A stretch of 64,000 nt of DNA, taken from NCBI GenBank assembly GCA_026387235.1, contig JAPLMD010000069.1:26920-90919 (forward strand), written 5' to 3'. Positions 38,241-48,645 of this stretch are shown here, piece by piece (the first letter of the stretch is position 1; each line of letters starts with the position of its first letter). The position numbers and the translations under genes are program-made. Origin of the DNA: Candidatus Omnitrophota bacterium (GTDB taxonomy: Bacteria; Omnitrophota; Gorgyraeia; Gorgyraeales; Gorgyraeaceae). Below the pieces are notes generated by a model that searched no databases, had not been told where the DNA came from, and was given only the letters and a program-made list of their open reading frames with translations.

Positions 38241-41200
38241 ATGACTTTTAATACTATGAAGAAGGTTGCTTCTATAGTTACATTTATTAGTTTTATAGCC
38301 ACTAATAGCATATATGCCGCGCCTGAGTCAAAGTCTGTATTCAAGAACAAGAAGGTGGACTATCAGAAGATTAATGACCAGAATAATGGCGTTATTCAGA
38401 GGAAAAAGGCCATTCTTAACGGAGAAGACGCAAACCAGGTTGAGTCCCAGCAAAAAGAGGCTCAGAAGATACTCTCATCCCATCTTTCTGATATATCACT
38501 TATCCATATTCCTGCAGAGTTGGGAAGAATTACCGAAGTCTACCAGAACCCAGATGCTGAAAACTCCAGGCTAATTGTCCATATCCAGGATCTTCATACG
38601 AACCCTGAGGCAGAGTATAACCTTGCCAAGATACTTGAGCTTTTATTGAATGATTATAAAATGGGCCTGGTGTGCTCAGAAGGTGCTGATGGCGCAGTGG
38701 ATACTTCAAGTATTTCAAGTTTCCCGGATTATGCAACAAGGGAAAAGGTCTCAAAGATATTTGTCAATGCAGGCGAGCTTACAGGAGAGGAATACCTCTC
38801 AATAACAAAATACCCTGCTCTACCTATCTGGGGAATTGAAAATAAGGAAATATATTTCAAAAATATAATTGATTTTAATAAGATAATGAAATTTAATCCC
38901 CAGTCACAGGTTTTTATATCACAGGCAAAAAAGGCGCTTGAAGAACTTAAAAACAAGCTTTATACAAAAGAGCTTTTGGAATTAGACCAGAAGGGATTAG
39001 ATTATAAGGCGCAGAAACTTGAGTCAGCAGATTATATAACATACCTTACAGGATATGTCCAAAAACTTAATATCCCAACGCTCAAATATGAGAATGTTTC
39101 GCTATTGAATGAAACTATTGATATGGAGAAAAGAATAGGCCAGCTGAAGATAATGAACGAATTGCAGAATCTATTACTGAATCTGCAGGCGGCGTTTTTA
39201 TCCAAATCCATGAAAGGAGAATCTGATTCTTTAAACGCCAACGCCCAGCTTTTCAAAGACCAGAAGATATCGCCGTTTTCATTTTATAGTTACCTGAAAG
39301 ACCTTGCGAATAAGCACCTTAAAGACGAATTTTCTGCAAAATATACAGCTATAAATAGCTTTGTAACCTACCTCACAAAAGTAAATTCATTAGATTCCAC
39401 AAAGCTATTCATAGAATTGGAAGACCTTAATTTTGAAATAAAAGAAGCGCTCTGTAGAACAGAGGAACAAAAAACGCTTGTGAAGGCGCTCCGCAATATA
39501 GATTTCCTTGAAGGGTTTTTTAATCTGAAGGTCTCAAATGAAGAATTAGATTATTATCTTGAAAATAAAGAATCCCATAAGGTGGCGTGGTTCAAATCTG
39601 CAATAACGGGCATAACAGGCAAAATAGGCCTAACGGGCCAAACGAACTACATAGATTATAATTCGGCTTTAATAGACCCGCATCTAACTGAACTTGAAGA
39701 ATTTTACAAGGTTGTAAAAGAGCGCGATGTGGCAATGGTGGATAATTCATTGTTTGAGATTGAGAAACGCAGATCAAAGGTAAGTGCATTAATAGCAGGC
39801 GGATTCCATACAAAAGGCATAACAAGGCTTTTAAAGGATAAGGGGTATTCTTATATAGTAGTATCTCCGTATTCAAAGACAGATATGGATGAGCAAAATT
39901 ACCATTTCTTATTGTCAGGAAAAAGAAAACCCCTTGTAGAATTATTGAAACAATTAGATTTAGGTGGAATTGTAAAAAGATACATCACTTCTACCGGCCT
40001 TCGAGTAAATATGGGTTGTGATACAGATATGGATGCGGCTTTTGGACGTCAAGTAATTCCTGAACTTGCAAAAATATGGGATTTTGAACCAGAGGATTTG
40101 CATCGATGGAATTTACCTCCAAGAGTGGTAGCTTGTTTAGTATTTCAAAGCGCAGCAGCAGGAAGAACTGACTTTAAAGGATGGCCGTCAATAGTTGGGT
40201 TAGAGCTAAATGATATAGGTGTGTTAAAGCTTACTTCTCGTGAAGGGTATATTTACTATGTTGAAGTTACCGCTGATAATAAAGTAAAAGAAGCAAAGCC
40301 AGATGCTTTTAATAATGGCACAGTAGTTGTAAATATACCATCAGCAGGCACAGGGCAAATAATCGCAAAGGAGCTACAAAAGGTAGATTTAAGTGCTGTA
40401 GAACCGGAAGCAGCCGTAGGTTCTCTTTTTAACCTTTTGGATTTACTTATACGCTTACGTGATGGTCAGGGAATCACAGAAATTTCAACTGGGAAATTAA
40501 AAACGGAGCGCACTGCAGTTGGTGTCAGAATGGTTGACAGAGAAATAAACGCAGGCCGTTTGCTCGGCATATTAGAGGACAAAGAAACATCAAGGGGAGT
40601 TGTTAAATTCACAGAGCCATTTAAAGATATTACCCGTGCAGAATTAGTAGAAATAAATACAGAAATAGCAAAAATCCTGCCTAAAGGTTTAGGCAGAGGG
40701 ACATTAGATCAGTTAGATCAAGTTAAACTAGAGCAAGTAAGAAAGATAGTAGAAACTTTTAAAAAAGTGGACGGATTACGAACACAACAGGGTAGAGAAG
40801 CGGAGTTTTTGGTTCAAAATGTGCAGAAGTTGTCAAGAGTTGATGGAGGTATAGTTGCAGGTATTGGATTACAGGATATTCATGGCCGGGTGTTTAAGCT
40901 AAATGGCCAGTTTTTTAACGATGATGGTAGCTATACCGAGGAGTTGCAGAAGTTTATGGATACTCTCTCTGATAATTCGGTCCAAGAGATGATACATGCA
41001 GGGATTATGTATTATGATATTCGCTCTAAATACTGGAAAGATAACCCTGCATTTACAGTGGCATTTGCATTTGCCTTTGCAAAGAAGTTGCAGGAAATAG
41101 AGGGCAGGCAAGATGGTATAGTGCTTCATATAGGCGTCGATGCATATCATAAGCATTTTGAAACAGCTCAGGTTTTTGCTGATGCAATATTGAGGACAGG

Positions 41201-42854
41201 GATATGCGATAATGGAGGAGGTATTTATTACTGGGGCGTTATAAATGGCGGTGATACGCGAAATTATGGTCAGCTTTATCATGCAATGAATAATGGAAAA
41301 GGCGGAAACTGGGTTTATTTTACCATGAGCCATGTTCGCGATGATTTTATAGGAGCTAAGTTAGGCAGAGGCGCTAAAGTATACTGCGGATCTGAAATTC
41401 GGCATTGCGAAGACGTAACAAGCGGCACATTATATGATGCTATAGTTGAAAAAGATTTTACTCCAGTAAAACGTAATATTCCTGTTGGGAATATTGTAAC
41501 TGTGAGTAATGTTATAAAAAATAATATTGAGGTTGCAGCAGATATGATAAGAGCAACTTCTGATAGCAGTGATATACCAACAAATGAGTTATTGAAAAGT
41601 GAAAAAGCAAAATTTTATGTTCTTATGGGTGGCAGTCCAATGGCTAAGAATCTAGTGGATATGCTCAAGGCTCTTGGTGCTGATATAGAGGTTGAAAGTG
41701 GAAGCGTGGATAAGAATTTTAATACAGCCAATATTATAGACCCTAATGAGCTTAATAATCCTAATGCGCATCCGCTTCAAGTTGCTATAAATAAAAGATT
41801 GAGAGAGATAGCGAAAGAGACAGGCAGGACGGTTTTAGTAGTAGACCCTGATGCTGATAGAGGATCGATTGTTGCTATAAATGAAGAAGGAGAAGCAATA
41901 GCTTTATCAGGTTCGAAGTTATTACTTCTGGCTATGGAACCACTGGCGCGCAGTTATAAAGCTAAAGGACTTCCTCCTCCTACTGTAATTTGCGACATGA
42001 GAACAGGGGTAAGCGCTAAAGATTTAGCAAAGGTGCTTAATGAAAGAGGATTTCCAATCAAGGTTGTTCCACATGAGGCTGGTTATCCATTTTTTATGAG
42101 AGGAATGGCGAGCTTGCCAGCTGATCTGGCTGTAGAAAATACTACGCATGCATTTATGAACCCTATGACAAACCCGAAATGGGGCGCGCCAGAAGAATAT
42201 AGAATGCCAAATGGTGAGGGTTATCAAGGTGGTGATAATGCCGCTCTTTTCCTTATTTATTTGGCAGGCTGTATGGTCCATCAGTGGGAAGGTAGAACCC
42301 CTGCCCAGCAATTAGAATGGCTTGAACAAGAATATGGCATTAAAAAGACTATAGATGATGAACGGAAACCCAAGATGCCAGTGAAGGATGATAAGTACAA
42401 ATATATTATTGCAGGTAGAATGAAAATGTTGGCTAAACAATATTGTACTGATAAAACTAGGTTTTTAATTAATTTCGATGATCCTAAGGTTAGTTTGGTA
42501 AGCGGTGTCCATCTGACAAATGTTAAAACAGGCGCCATGGTTTTAGTAAGATTTTCTAATACAGGTTCAACTTTTACGATTTCTGGTGAAGCCTACTATA
42601 GAAAAGATTTAGGCGAAGGGCGTGAGAGAGAAGATTTGAATGAAATGTTGGGCTTGGGGTATTGGATTATGATTACCGCAGTGAATCAATTGCACGCCGA
42701 GGGCAATGTTTTTGATTTTGATCCCAAGGATGCTGCTGAATTGGAAAATCAACCAATTGTAGCTGAGATGAATCAAATGCTTACAGACACTCAACACGAA
42801 GGTTTGCAGCCTGCTATTACAAAGATATCTAGAGACATAGGTTCAGGTATATGA
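38241..42854 (+). CDS. Giant secreted protein (1537 aa): signal peptide, N-domain, unknown middle region, C-terminal alpha-D-phosphohexomutase (phosphoglucomutase)-like domain
   Basis: Signal peptide MTFNTMKKVASIVTFISFIATNSIYAA|P. Phosphohexomutase signatures: active-site-Ser-like YFTMSHVRDD (~41321), metal loop VDPDADRGSIV (41844-41861), phosphate-binding loop RFSNTGSTFTISGEAYY (42548-42600), comparable to RLSGTGSxGATIRLY of PGM. Confidence 0.8.
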   Translation: MTFNTMKKVASIVTFISFIATNSIYAAPESKSVFKNKKVDYQKINDQNNGVIQRKKAILNGEDANQVESQQKEAQKILSSHLSDISLIHIPAELGRITEVYQNPDAENSRLIVHIQDLHTNPEAEYNLAKILELLLNDYKMGLVCSEGADGAVDTSSISSFPDYATREKVSKIFVNAGELTGEEYLSITKYPALPIWGIENKEIYFKNIIDFNKIMKFNPQSQVFISQAKKALEELKNKLYTKELLELDQKGLDYKAQKLESADYITYLTGYVQKLNIPTLKYENVSLLNETIDMEKRIGQLKIMNELQNLLLNLQAAFLSKSMKGESDSLNANAQLFKDQKISPFSFYSYLKDLANKHLKDEFSAKYTAINSFVTYLTKVNSLDSTKLFIELEDLNFEIKEALCRTEEQKTLVKALRNIDFLEGFFNLKVSNEELDYYLENKESHKVAWFKSAITGITGKIGLTGQTNYIDYNSALIDPHLTELEEFYKVVKERDVAMVDNSLFEIEKRRSKVSALIAGGFHTKGITRLLKDKGYSYIVVSPYSKTDMDEQNYHFLLSGKRKPLVELLKQLDLGGIVKRYITSTGLRVNMGCDTDMDAAFGRQVIPELAKIWDFEPEDLHRWNLPPRVVACLVFQSAAAGRTDFKGWPSIVGLELNDIGVLKLTSREGYIYYVEVTADNKVKEAKPDAFNNGTVVVNIPSAGTGQIIAKELQKVDLSAVEPEAAVGSLFNLLDLLIRLRDGQGITEISTGKLKTERTAVGVRMVDREINAGRLLGILEDKETSRGVVKFTEPFKDITRAELVEINTEIAKILPKGLGRGTLDQLDQVKLEQVRKIVETFKKVDGLRTQQGREAEFLVQNVQKLSRVDGGIVAGIGLQDIHGRVFKLNGQFFNDDGSYTEELQKFMDTLSDNSVQEMIHAGIMYYDIRSKYWKDNPAFTVAFAFAFAKKLQEIEGRQDGIVLHIGVDAYHKHFETAQVFADAILRTGICDNGGGIYYWGVINGGDTRNYGQLYHAMNNGKGGNWVYFTMSHVRDDFIGAKLGRGAKVYCGSEIRHCEDVTSGTLYDAIVEKDFTPVKRNIPVGNIVTVSNVIKNNIEVAADMIRATSDSSDIPTNELLKSEKAKFYVLMGGSPMAKNLVDMLKALGADIEVESGSVDKNFNTANIIDPNELNNPNAHPLQVAINKRLREIAKETGRTVLVVDPDADRGSIVAINEEGEAIALSGSKLLLLAMEPLARSYKAKGLPPPTVICDMRTGVSAKDLAKVLNERGFPIKVVPHEAGYPFFMRGMASLPADLAVENTTHAFMNPMTNPKWGAPEEYRMPNGEGYQGGDNAALFLIYLAGCMVHQWEGRTPAQQLEWLEQEYGIKKTIDDERKPKMPVKDDKYKYIIAGRMKMLAKQYCTDKTRFLINFDDPKVSLVSGVHLTNVKTGAMVLVRFSNTGSTFTISGEAYYRKDLGEGREREDLNEMLGLGYWIMITAVNQLHAEGNVFDFDPKDAAELENQPIVAEMNQMLTDTQHEGLQPAITKISRDIGSGI

Positions 42855-45800
42855 ATTTATTCATAATGAGGAAGAATATGCCGCATAGCTACTTTAAAAA
42901 AACCCTATCTTTTTTTACCCTGATTGCTTTTATTTTTACAAATGCTAGCTATGCTGCCCCTGATTATAATAGCTTATTTAAAAATAAAGCAGCGCTCAGG
43001 GTGCCGCTTAATTCTGATAAGCTTAGGGATGAATTTTTAGAAGTTGCTTCAGCCAAAGGTACAGGAGTTGCGCATCGTGGCTCTAATAGCATAAATGAAG
43101 CAATAAGATTAGCATATGACGCAAGGAACAAAGACAAAGAAACATTTTTTGTAATTCAAGAAAATGGAAAACCAGTCAGAGGAATCAGCAGATATCACGC
43201 TGCTATTTTACCTGCAACTTTCAAAGCTATAGACAGCCTGGATGCATCAGCAGTAAAACTAATATTAACAAGACTAGAGAGAAACATTTCTGAAATCTTA
43301 GGCCTTAGAATCCGACTATCAACAATAGGCAAAGATCAAATTAAAGATACGATAGAATCAGCTTTGACAGTTTTAATAAAAGACCCAAATGATCCTGATA
43401 ATCCTCTTATTATTGCGAAGAGCCTTAATGAATATAATGCTGGACATAATAGCCCTAAAAGAAAAAGTATATATTTACCAAGAAGGTTTATAGATGGCCT
43501 GATAAAAGAGGGAGAGATGAGTATCGTAGCAGCAGCTGAAGGCCATGAAGGTTTTCAGCTTGCCGTTGCACTTGCTTTGGGTAATAAATATGATGAAAGA
43601 AATGAAGTCTTATTGGATGCAATTAATAACGCAGCTGAAGAGTTTGAGTGTTTAATAGCAGGAAAAAGCAGATTAGGATTAAATAGCAGGCTGGACGACC
43701 AGATATTGGCCTCAATAGCATGTACTACAAGAGGCGCACAAAAACTTCAATTTGCAAATTCGCTATCTCAAAAGGTTACTCCTGAGCATGGGCTTAGTGA
43801 AGAAGATTTGGCTGAAGTGAAAGATGCATTGGAAGAGGTCCACGCCTCTATTCAATCAGATGACAGCCTTAATGGGTTATATAAAAGCCCGTCAAGTTAT
43901 GTGGAAAGACAAAAAGATATAGCCCGGATGAGCGCGCTAGCAGAAGAATGGAAAGATAAGTATAATGATATTTTGATTATAGGCGGAGAAGATAGCGGTA
44001 CCCATATGGCATTTACAGCGCTTACTGAAGAAAACCGGAACAACCTTTCTAAAGCAGAAAGAAAAGGATTTCCTAGGATACATTTCGTGGACATGGATAA
44101 GGTAGTTGAAATTGCACACCGCATAGATTTAAAAAAGGCTGGAATTTTAGTAATAGGTAATAATATAAGCAATGCTAATGCTGCAACATGCAGGTATTTA
44201 CAAGAAATATATGGTAAAGAAGGTATAGCATCCAGACTTGCTATTGTAGGTGACTCAGGAAAGACATTAGGGGAAACAGTGCCTTCTGAGAAACAGTTTT
44301 CATTACCCGAAGGCTTAGGCAACATGGATTCTTTTTTTAGCGCCGCAGGATTACTGCCTATTGTTTTGGCAGGTAAAGTTAGGGAGGCTCAGGATATATT
44401 GACAGGAGCTGAATCTGCTGCTGAGGATATAGCAGGAATAGATTTAACTGCTCCAACAACAGGAATTCCAGCCATATTCATGTATCCTGAATATATGCAT
44501 CCTGGAATTATTGCAGCGCTATATGAAAAAAAGGCAAAAGATGTGAGCATCTATTGTCCTTTTTCAGAAAAATTGAGGTTATTTGGTGTATGGACTGCAA
44601 ATCAGTTTAATTTAGTTATAAGCGGAAGAAAAGGTAATAGTTTAGTTTTTCAAGGCGCAGTAGGCACAAGGCATAATCATGCCAGTTTACAAAACTGGCA
44701 AAAAGGCCATAATATGTTTCAAGTAATTACACTTGGGGTGAATGAATTTAATAGCAATCTGGCTGCCGGAAGGTCCAGTTACAATCTATTTAGAAATATG
44801 TCATTTGCTGACCTTATGAATTTTGCAATGGAAGGCACAGAACAGGCTTTAGCAGATGGGAAAAGGCCAAATTTAGGCTATAGAATTAAGAAAGTAGATG
44901 GAGTTAATTTAGGAGGATTGATTTATACAACGCTTTATCAAAAACTCGTTCTTTCTAGATTGCTAGATAAAATGGATAAAGGAGAAAGGGCGCAAACAAC
45001 AGTTGCTAGTTTAGAAAAAGAGACAGAAAATGCTGTTGCGAGCAAGGTTGTTTCTGCAGAGGGCAAGCCTAGTGTTATAAGAGATGCTTCTGGCCTTAGC
45101 CTTGATTATTCAGGTGCTCTTGGAAAAGATGGAGTAACTACGGAAGAGATGCCTGAGGTTGTTGCAGATTTGGTAGATATACAGATGGAAGTGGCAAAAG
45201 AAAGACTTGCAGGTAAACATGATTATCTTAATCTTCCTGAGCGCATGATAAAGGAAATCCAATCAGATAATTTTAGAGGTATAATGAAGGACTTCAGGGA
45301 GTTTGAGGATGTCCTTGTAATAGGCATAGGAGGTTCTAGCGTAGGTGCAAAGATGTGCTTGCAAGCACTTTCTGTGCCTGGTGATAGAAAAATTCCAAAT
45401 GTTTATTTTCTTGAAAGCGTGGATCCGGATTATATAGAAGAAATAACCAAGAATATTGATTTTACAAAAACAGGAATAATTGTAATCAGCAAAACCGGAG
45501 AAACAATGGAATCCAATACAGTCTTCGCAGCTGTAAAAGAAATGATGCAGCAGAGTTTTAGCAGTATTGGCCAGCCTGCGGATTACAAAAAGAATATATT
45601 AGCCATTACAGATCCTGATCATGGCTTATTGAAAAAGGAGGCAAAGAGAGAAGGGTATCGCACCTTAGATGTACCTCCTTTAGTAGAGGGCAGATTCACA
45701 GTGCTTTCCGCAGTGGGTATTGCAGTCATAGGGCTTAAGCTTACAGATAATGAATTATTAGAATTGTTAGAAGGTGCTAGAGATTATGTAAATACAACAG

Positions 45801-48571
45801 AGCTTAGTTCAGATAAACTAAAGAAGTTCGTAAAATTAGATACAAAAAAGAAAAAGACTGCAGAAGAATCAGCAGAATTGCAAAGATTAGGAAATGAGTT
45901 AAAAGAAGAGGCAAAACAAAAAGTATATAATTCAATAGGTTATATGTATGGAGGCCTAAGAAGCCAATTAAATCTTAAAAAGCAAAAAAGCCTGTCTTTT
46001 GTTGCCCCTTTTTCTTATAGGCTGTCAGGATTTCTGGACTGGGTTATTCAATTATGGAATGAAAGCTATGGCAAGCCAGGTGTAAAAGAATATACTACTG
46101 GAGCAGTAGGGCTTGATCCTGAAGCAGTTGTTTATGACAAAGATTCAGAAGTTGTAACCTTAGTTAACATAGAAGACACTCAGGCTCCAGGATTGGATTC
46201 TACGCGTTCAGGCTACTATAGAGCATCTGATTCATTATTAAGAAAAAATAACAAACCTGTTTTTTCATTGTCACTTCCTTTGCTTGATGGTGAAAATCCC
46301 CGGTCATTTGGCGCATTTATTATTGCTTTGCAACAAGCAGTTATGGTGCAGTCCAAGTCCAAATTATTCACAAAACCAATAATATATGATAACCAGCCTG
46401 GCGTAGAGCTTGCAAAGCGTTCTGCAAGGAGGATGATAGAGCAGAAAAGAGGGCTTGTGGGTGTGGATGTTATTCCTCATGAGCTTACTGAAATAGGTTC
46501 AGCAATTGGAAGTCTTGGTATGTCTGCAAGCGATACCATTAGATATGAGGACTTTAATAGCCCTGAAGAACGAGAAAGGGCTTTAGCAAAATTAATAAAA
46601 AGTACTTTAACTCAAAGAAGTGAAGAAGCTTCTATAGGCAGCATCTGGATGAAAGGAGAAGAAAAACCTGTTTCAGTGAATCCGAATGGGAAATATACAA
46701 TTCTCATAAATCCCTTGGACGCATCTTCTAATATTGAGAAAAATAACGGGAGTGTCACTGCATTATTTGCTGTATATGATGGAAGTCAGTTCGCAAAAGA
46801 TAATCTCATAGCTACATTTATGGTTGTTTATGGCCCGGCAACTGGTTTAGTGGCAAGGGTCAAGGTAGGAGATGAGTTCTGTGTATATGATTTTATACTT
46901 GATGAAAAGATTAAGAGTTTTGTTCAGAGGCAGAGAGGGGGCAGGGAAACCAGTCTTATTGAGATGAATTATAAAGGCGACGAACTTGCTATATGGGGCA
47001 AGGTAAAAGATTGGCCACCAGCGCTTAATGATTTTTATTACAAGGAGATATATAGAAGCGGTAAAAAAGTCAGGATAAGCGAATCTGCAGCAGATTTATA
47101 CGAGATGATTTTAAAAGGAGGGATTATTGCTGCGCCGATTACACAATGTGATGCAGTAATGTGGGGCTCTATTATTGAATCAGCTGGAGGAAGGTCTTTA
47201 ATAATGACTGAAGATGGCCCAATATCCTGCACTGAATTAAAATTAGGCAAAGATTCTTTTAATCCTGAGAAACAAATCTGGGCTTATTTTGGGAATAAGG
47301 ACGTAATGGAAAGAATGGAGCAAAGTCTAAGGGGGGGCGAAAATTTAAATCCTGATGAGCGTAAAGAGTTTTATAAAAGCAATATGATTGTAAGAGGCCC
47401 ACCTAAGAGTATAGATACAACAAGAGAAAATGCTGATGGAAAGAGCTTAGAGAGTGTATTGAGTGATGAGATAGGGGAAGACACCGAAATAGTAAGAATA
47501 GTAGGCCATGTTGCACGTGTAGCAACAACTACAGTAACGCCAATGTTTTCAGTAATAGGGGTGGAAGAAGGGTTAGGTGAAATTAATCTTGCAGGAGATG
47601 AGCAGGTAGGAGGAGATACATTCACTAATAGGACATTCAGGAACAGGCTTTTGAATCCTGGTAATGATCAGGAGTTGGAAAGGCGTTTAACTGCAGCAGA
47701 AGAAACAGGAGAGCGCTTGGTAGCAAGTGACTTTAACGGTATATCATGGGTAAGCGCTTTTTATTCAGAAGAAGAAGATATGAGATATCCTGGAAATGAT
47801 AATGCTAAATACCTGGTTAGCTTTGATCCATTAGATGGTTCAAGTAAAGTAGATACATTTGGAGGCGTGTCTACAATTCTGACTATTTGGGATAAAGGTG
47901 AGTCAAATGATATTATAGGCAAAATAGGCCATAGAGATGTAAGAGGAGTATGTTTTGTCCTTTACGGTCCGCAGACAATGCTTGTATATGCCTCAGCTAA
48001 GTCAGATAAGGTATTTCTGTTTAAAGTAGACAAAGATGGAAGCGTTAGCAGGGTTGGAATGTTAAAGCCATTGCCAGAAAGGACAGAGAAAGGTTTGAGG
48101 CTAGCAATTGGAGGAGAAAGGCCTGATATGGTGCCTAAAGGTAAGTCTGAAATAGATGATCTTGAGAGCCTGATAACAACATTAGAAAGAGAACATGAAG
48201 GAAAGGCTGGTTACAGTGGTTCAATGAACGTTGATATTGCTGGAATTTTATTTGGAATGGACTCAGAAGCTGATGGAGGCATGTATGCATATCCTGGCAC
48301 AGTTAGGAGGCCCGAAGGCCGCTTAAGGCTTGATAGTGAACTTGTAGCTATGAGTTTTATAACAGAGAAGTTAGGCGGCAGCAGTACAAATGGCAGAAAG
48401 AATATACTTGATATACCTGTCGGAAAATTGCACCAGCACGAGCCATTCTTTGTTGGGTCAAAAATTTTGATAGATAAAGTAGAAAAGGTGTTCGGGAATC
48501 AAGCTAATGCAGCTACTATGCTGCCAGAAGCATTGCCTCTTGGCACAGCAGCAGTTGGGACAAATTTATAA
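42851..48571 (+). CDS. Giant secreted protein (1906 aa): signal peptide, unknown region, phosphoglucose-isomerase (SIS)-like domain, two tandem class-I fructose-1,6-bisphosphatase domains
   Basis: Signal peptide …TLSFFTLIAFIFTNASYAA|P followed by SLFKNK. PGI-like VLVIGIGGSSVGAKM (45309-45360) and IVISKTGETMESNT (45481-45520). FBPase copy 1, degenerate: NPLDASSNIE (~46700). FBPase copy 2: SEEEDMRYPGNDNAKYLVSFDPLDGSS (47764-47850), GGMYAYPGTVRRPEGRLRLDSELVAMSFITEKLGG, LHQHEPFFVGSK…VEKVF. This is near-colinear with E. coli Fbp …SEEEDE…DPLDGSSNID…GGIYLYP…GKLRLLYE…LHQRRSFFVGN…VERFI. The 4-nt ATGA overlap with gene 3 implies an operon. Confidence 0.85.
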   Translation: MNLFIMRKNMPHSYFKKTLSFFTLIAFIFTNASYAAPDYNSLFKNKAALRVPLNSDKLRDEFLEVASAKGTGVAHRGSNSINEAIRLAYDARNKDKETFFVIQENGKPVRGISRYHAAILPATFKAIDSLDASAVKLILTRLERNISEILGLRIRLSTIGKDQIKDTIESALTVLIKDPNDPDNPLIIAKSLNEYNAGHNSPKRKSIYLPRRFIDGLIKEGEMSIVAAAEGHEGFQLAVALALGNKYDERNEVLLDAINNAAEEFECLIAGKSRLGLNSRLDDQILASIACTTRGAQKLQFANSLSQKVTPEHGLSEEDLAEVKDALEEVHASIQSDDSLNGLYKSPSSYVERQKDIARMSALAEEWKDKYNDILIIGGEDSGTHMAFTALTEENRNNLSKAERKGFPRIHFVDMDKVVEIAHRIDLKKAGILVIGNNISNANAATCRYLQEIYGKEGIASRLAIVGDSGKTLGETVPSEKQFSLPEGLGNMDSFFSAAGLLPIVLAGKVREAQDILTGAESAAEDIAGIDLTAPTTGIPAIFMYPEYMHPGIIAALYEKKAKDVSIYCPFSEKLRLFGVWTANQFNLVISGRKGNSLVFQGAVGTRHNHASLQNWQKGHNMFQVITLGVNEFNSNLAAGRSSYNLFRNMSFADLMNFAMEGTEQALADGKRPNLGYRIKKVDGVNLGGLIYTTLYQKLVLSRLLDKMDKGERAQTTVASLEKETENAVASKVVSAEGKPSVIRDASGLSLDYSGALGKDGVTTEEMPEVVADLVDIQMEVAKERLAGKHDYLNLPERMIKEIQSDNFRGIMKDFREFEDVLVIGIGGSSVGAKMCLQALSVPGDRKIPNVYFLESVDPDYIEEITKNIDFTKTGIIVISKTGETMESNTVFAAVKEMMQQSFSSIGQPADYKKNILAITDPDHGLLKKEAKREGYRTLDVPPLVEGRFTVLSAVGIAVIGLKLTDNELLELLEGARDYVNTTELSSDKLKKFVKLDTKKKKTAEESAELQRLGNELKEEAKQKVYNSIGYMYGGLRSQLNLKKQKSLSFVAPFSYRLSGFLDWVIQLWNESYGKPGVKEYTTGAVGLDPEAVVYDKDSEVVTLVNIEDTQAPGLDSTRSGYYRASDSLLRKNNKPVFSLSLPLLDGENPRSFGAFIIALQQAVMVQSKSKLFTKPIIYDNQPGVELAKRSARRMIEQKRGLVGVDVIPHELTEIGSAIGSLGMSASDTIRYEDFNSPEERERALAKLIKSTLTQRSEEASIGSIWMKGEEKPVSVNPNGKYTILINPLDASSNIEKNNGSVTALFAVYDGSQFAKDNLIATFMVVYGPATGLVARVKVGDEFCVYDFILDEKIKSFVQRQRGGRETSLIEMNYKGDELAIWGKVKDWPPALNDFYYKEIYRSGKKVRISESAADLYEMILKGGIIAAPITQCDAVMWGSIIESAGGRSLIMTEDGPISCTELKLGKDSFNPEKQIWAYFGNKDVMERMEQSLRGGENLNPDERKEFYKSNMIVRGPPKSIDTTRENADGKSLESVLSDEIGEDTEIVRIVGHVARVATTTVTPMFSVIGVEEGLGEINLAGDEQVGGDTFTNRTFRNRLLNPGNDQELERRLTAAEETGERLVASDFNGISWVSAFYSEEEDMRYPGNDNAKYLVSFDPLDGSSKVDTFGGVSTILTIWDKGESNDIIGKIGHRDVRGVCFVLYGPQTMLVYASAKSDKVFLFKVDKDGSVSRVGMLKPLPERTEKGLRLAIGGERPDMVPKGKSEIDDLESLITTLEREHEGKAGYSGSMNVDIAGILFGMDSEADGGMYAYPGTVRRPEGRLRLDSELVAMSFITEKLGGSSTNGRKNILDIPVGKLHQHEPFFVGSKILIDKVEKVFGNQANAATMLPEALPLGTAAVGTNL

Positions 48572-48591
48572 TATTTGCTAAATAGTATTTC

Positions 48592-48645
48592 AGGGACGGT
48601 TCTGGTGGAGCCAATAATAGAACCGTCCCTCAATTTTGGTATTTT
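48592..48645 (+). terminator. Rho-independent terminator-like hairpin after giant gene 4
   Basis: Perfect 11-bp stem AGGGACGGTTC (48592-48602) / GAACCGTCCCT (48620-48630), 17-nt loop, then CAATTTTGGTATTTT. 20 nt after the gene 4 stop; gene 5 ATG at 48646 follows immediately. Confidence 0.6.

Noticed and set aside
38314-38574. 86-aa + strand ORF (alternate frame)
   Set aside because: Embedded in an alternate frame of the highly conserved N-domain of gene 3. R/K-rich shadow translation.
40899-41333. 144-aa minus-strand ORF inside gene 3
   Set aside because: Antisense to the phosphohexomutase-like segment, which has a continuous sense ORF with family motifs.
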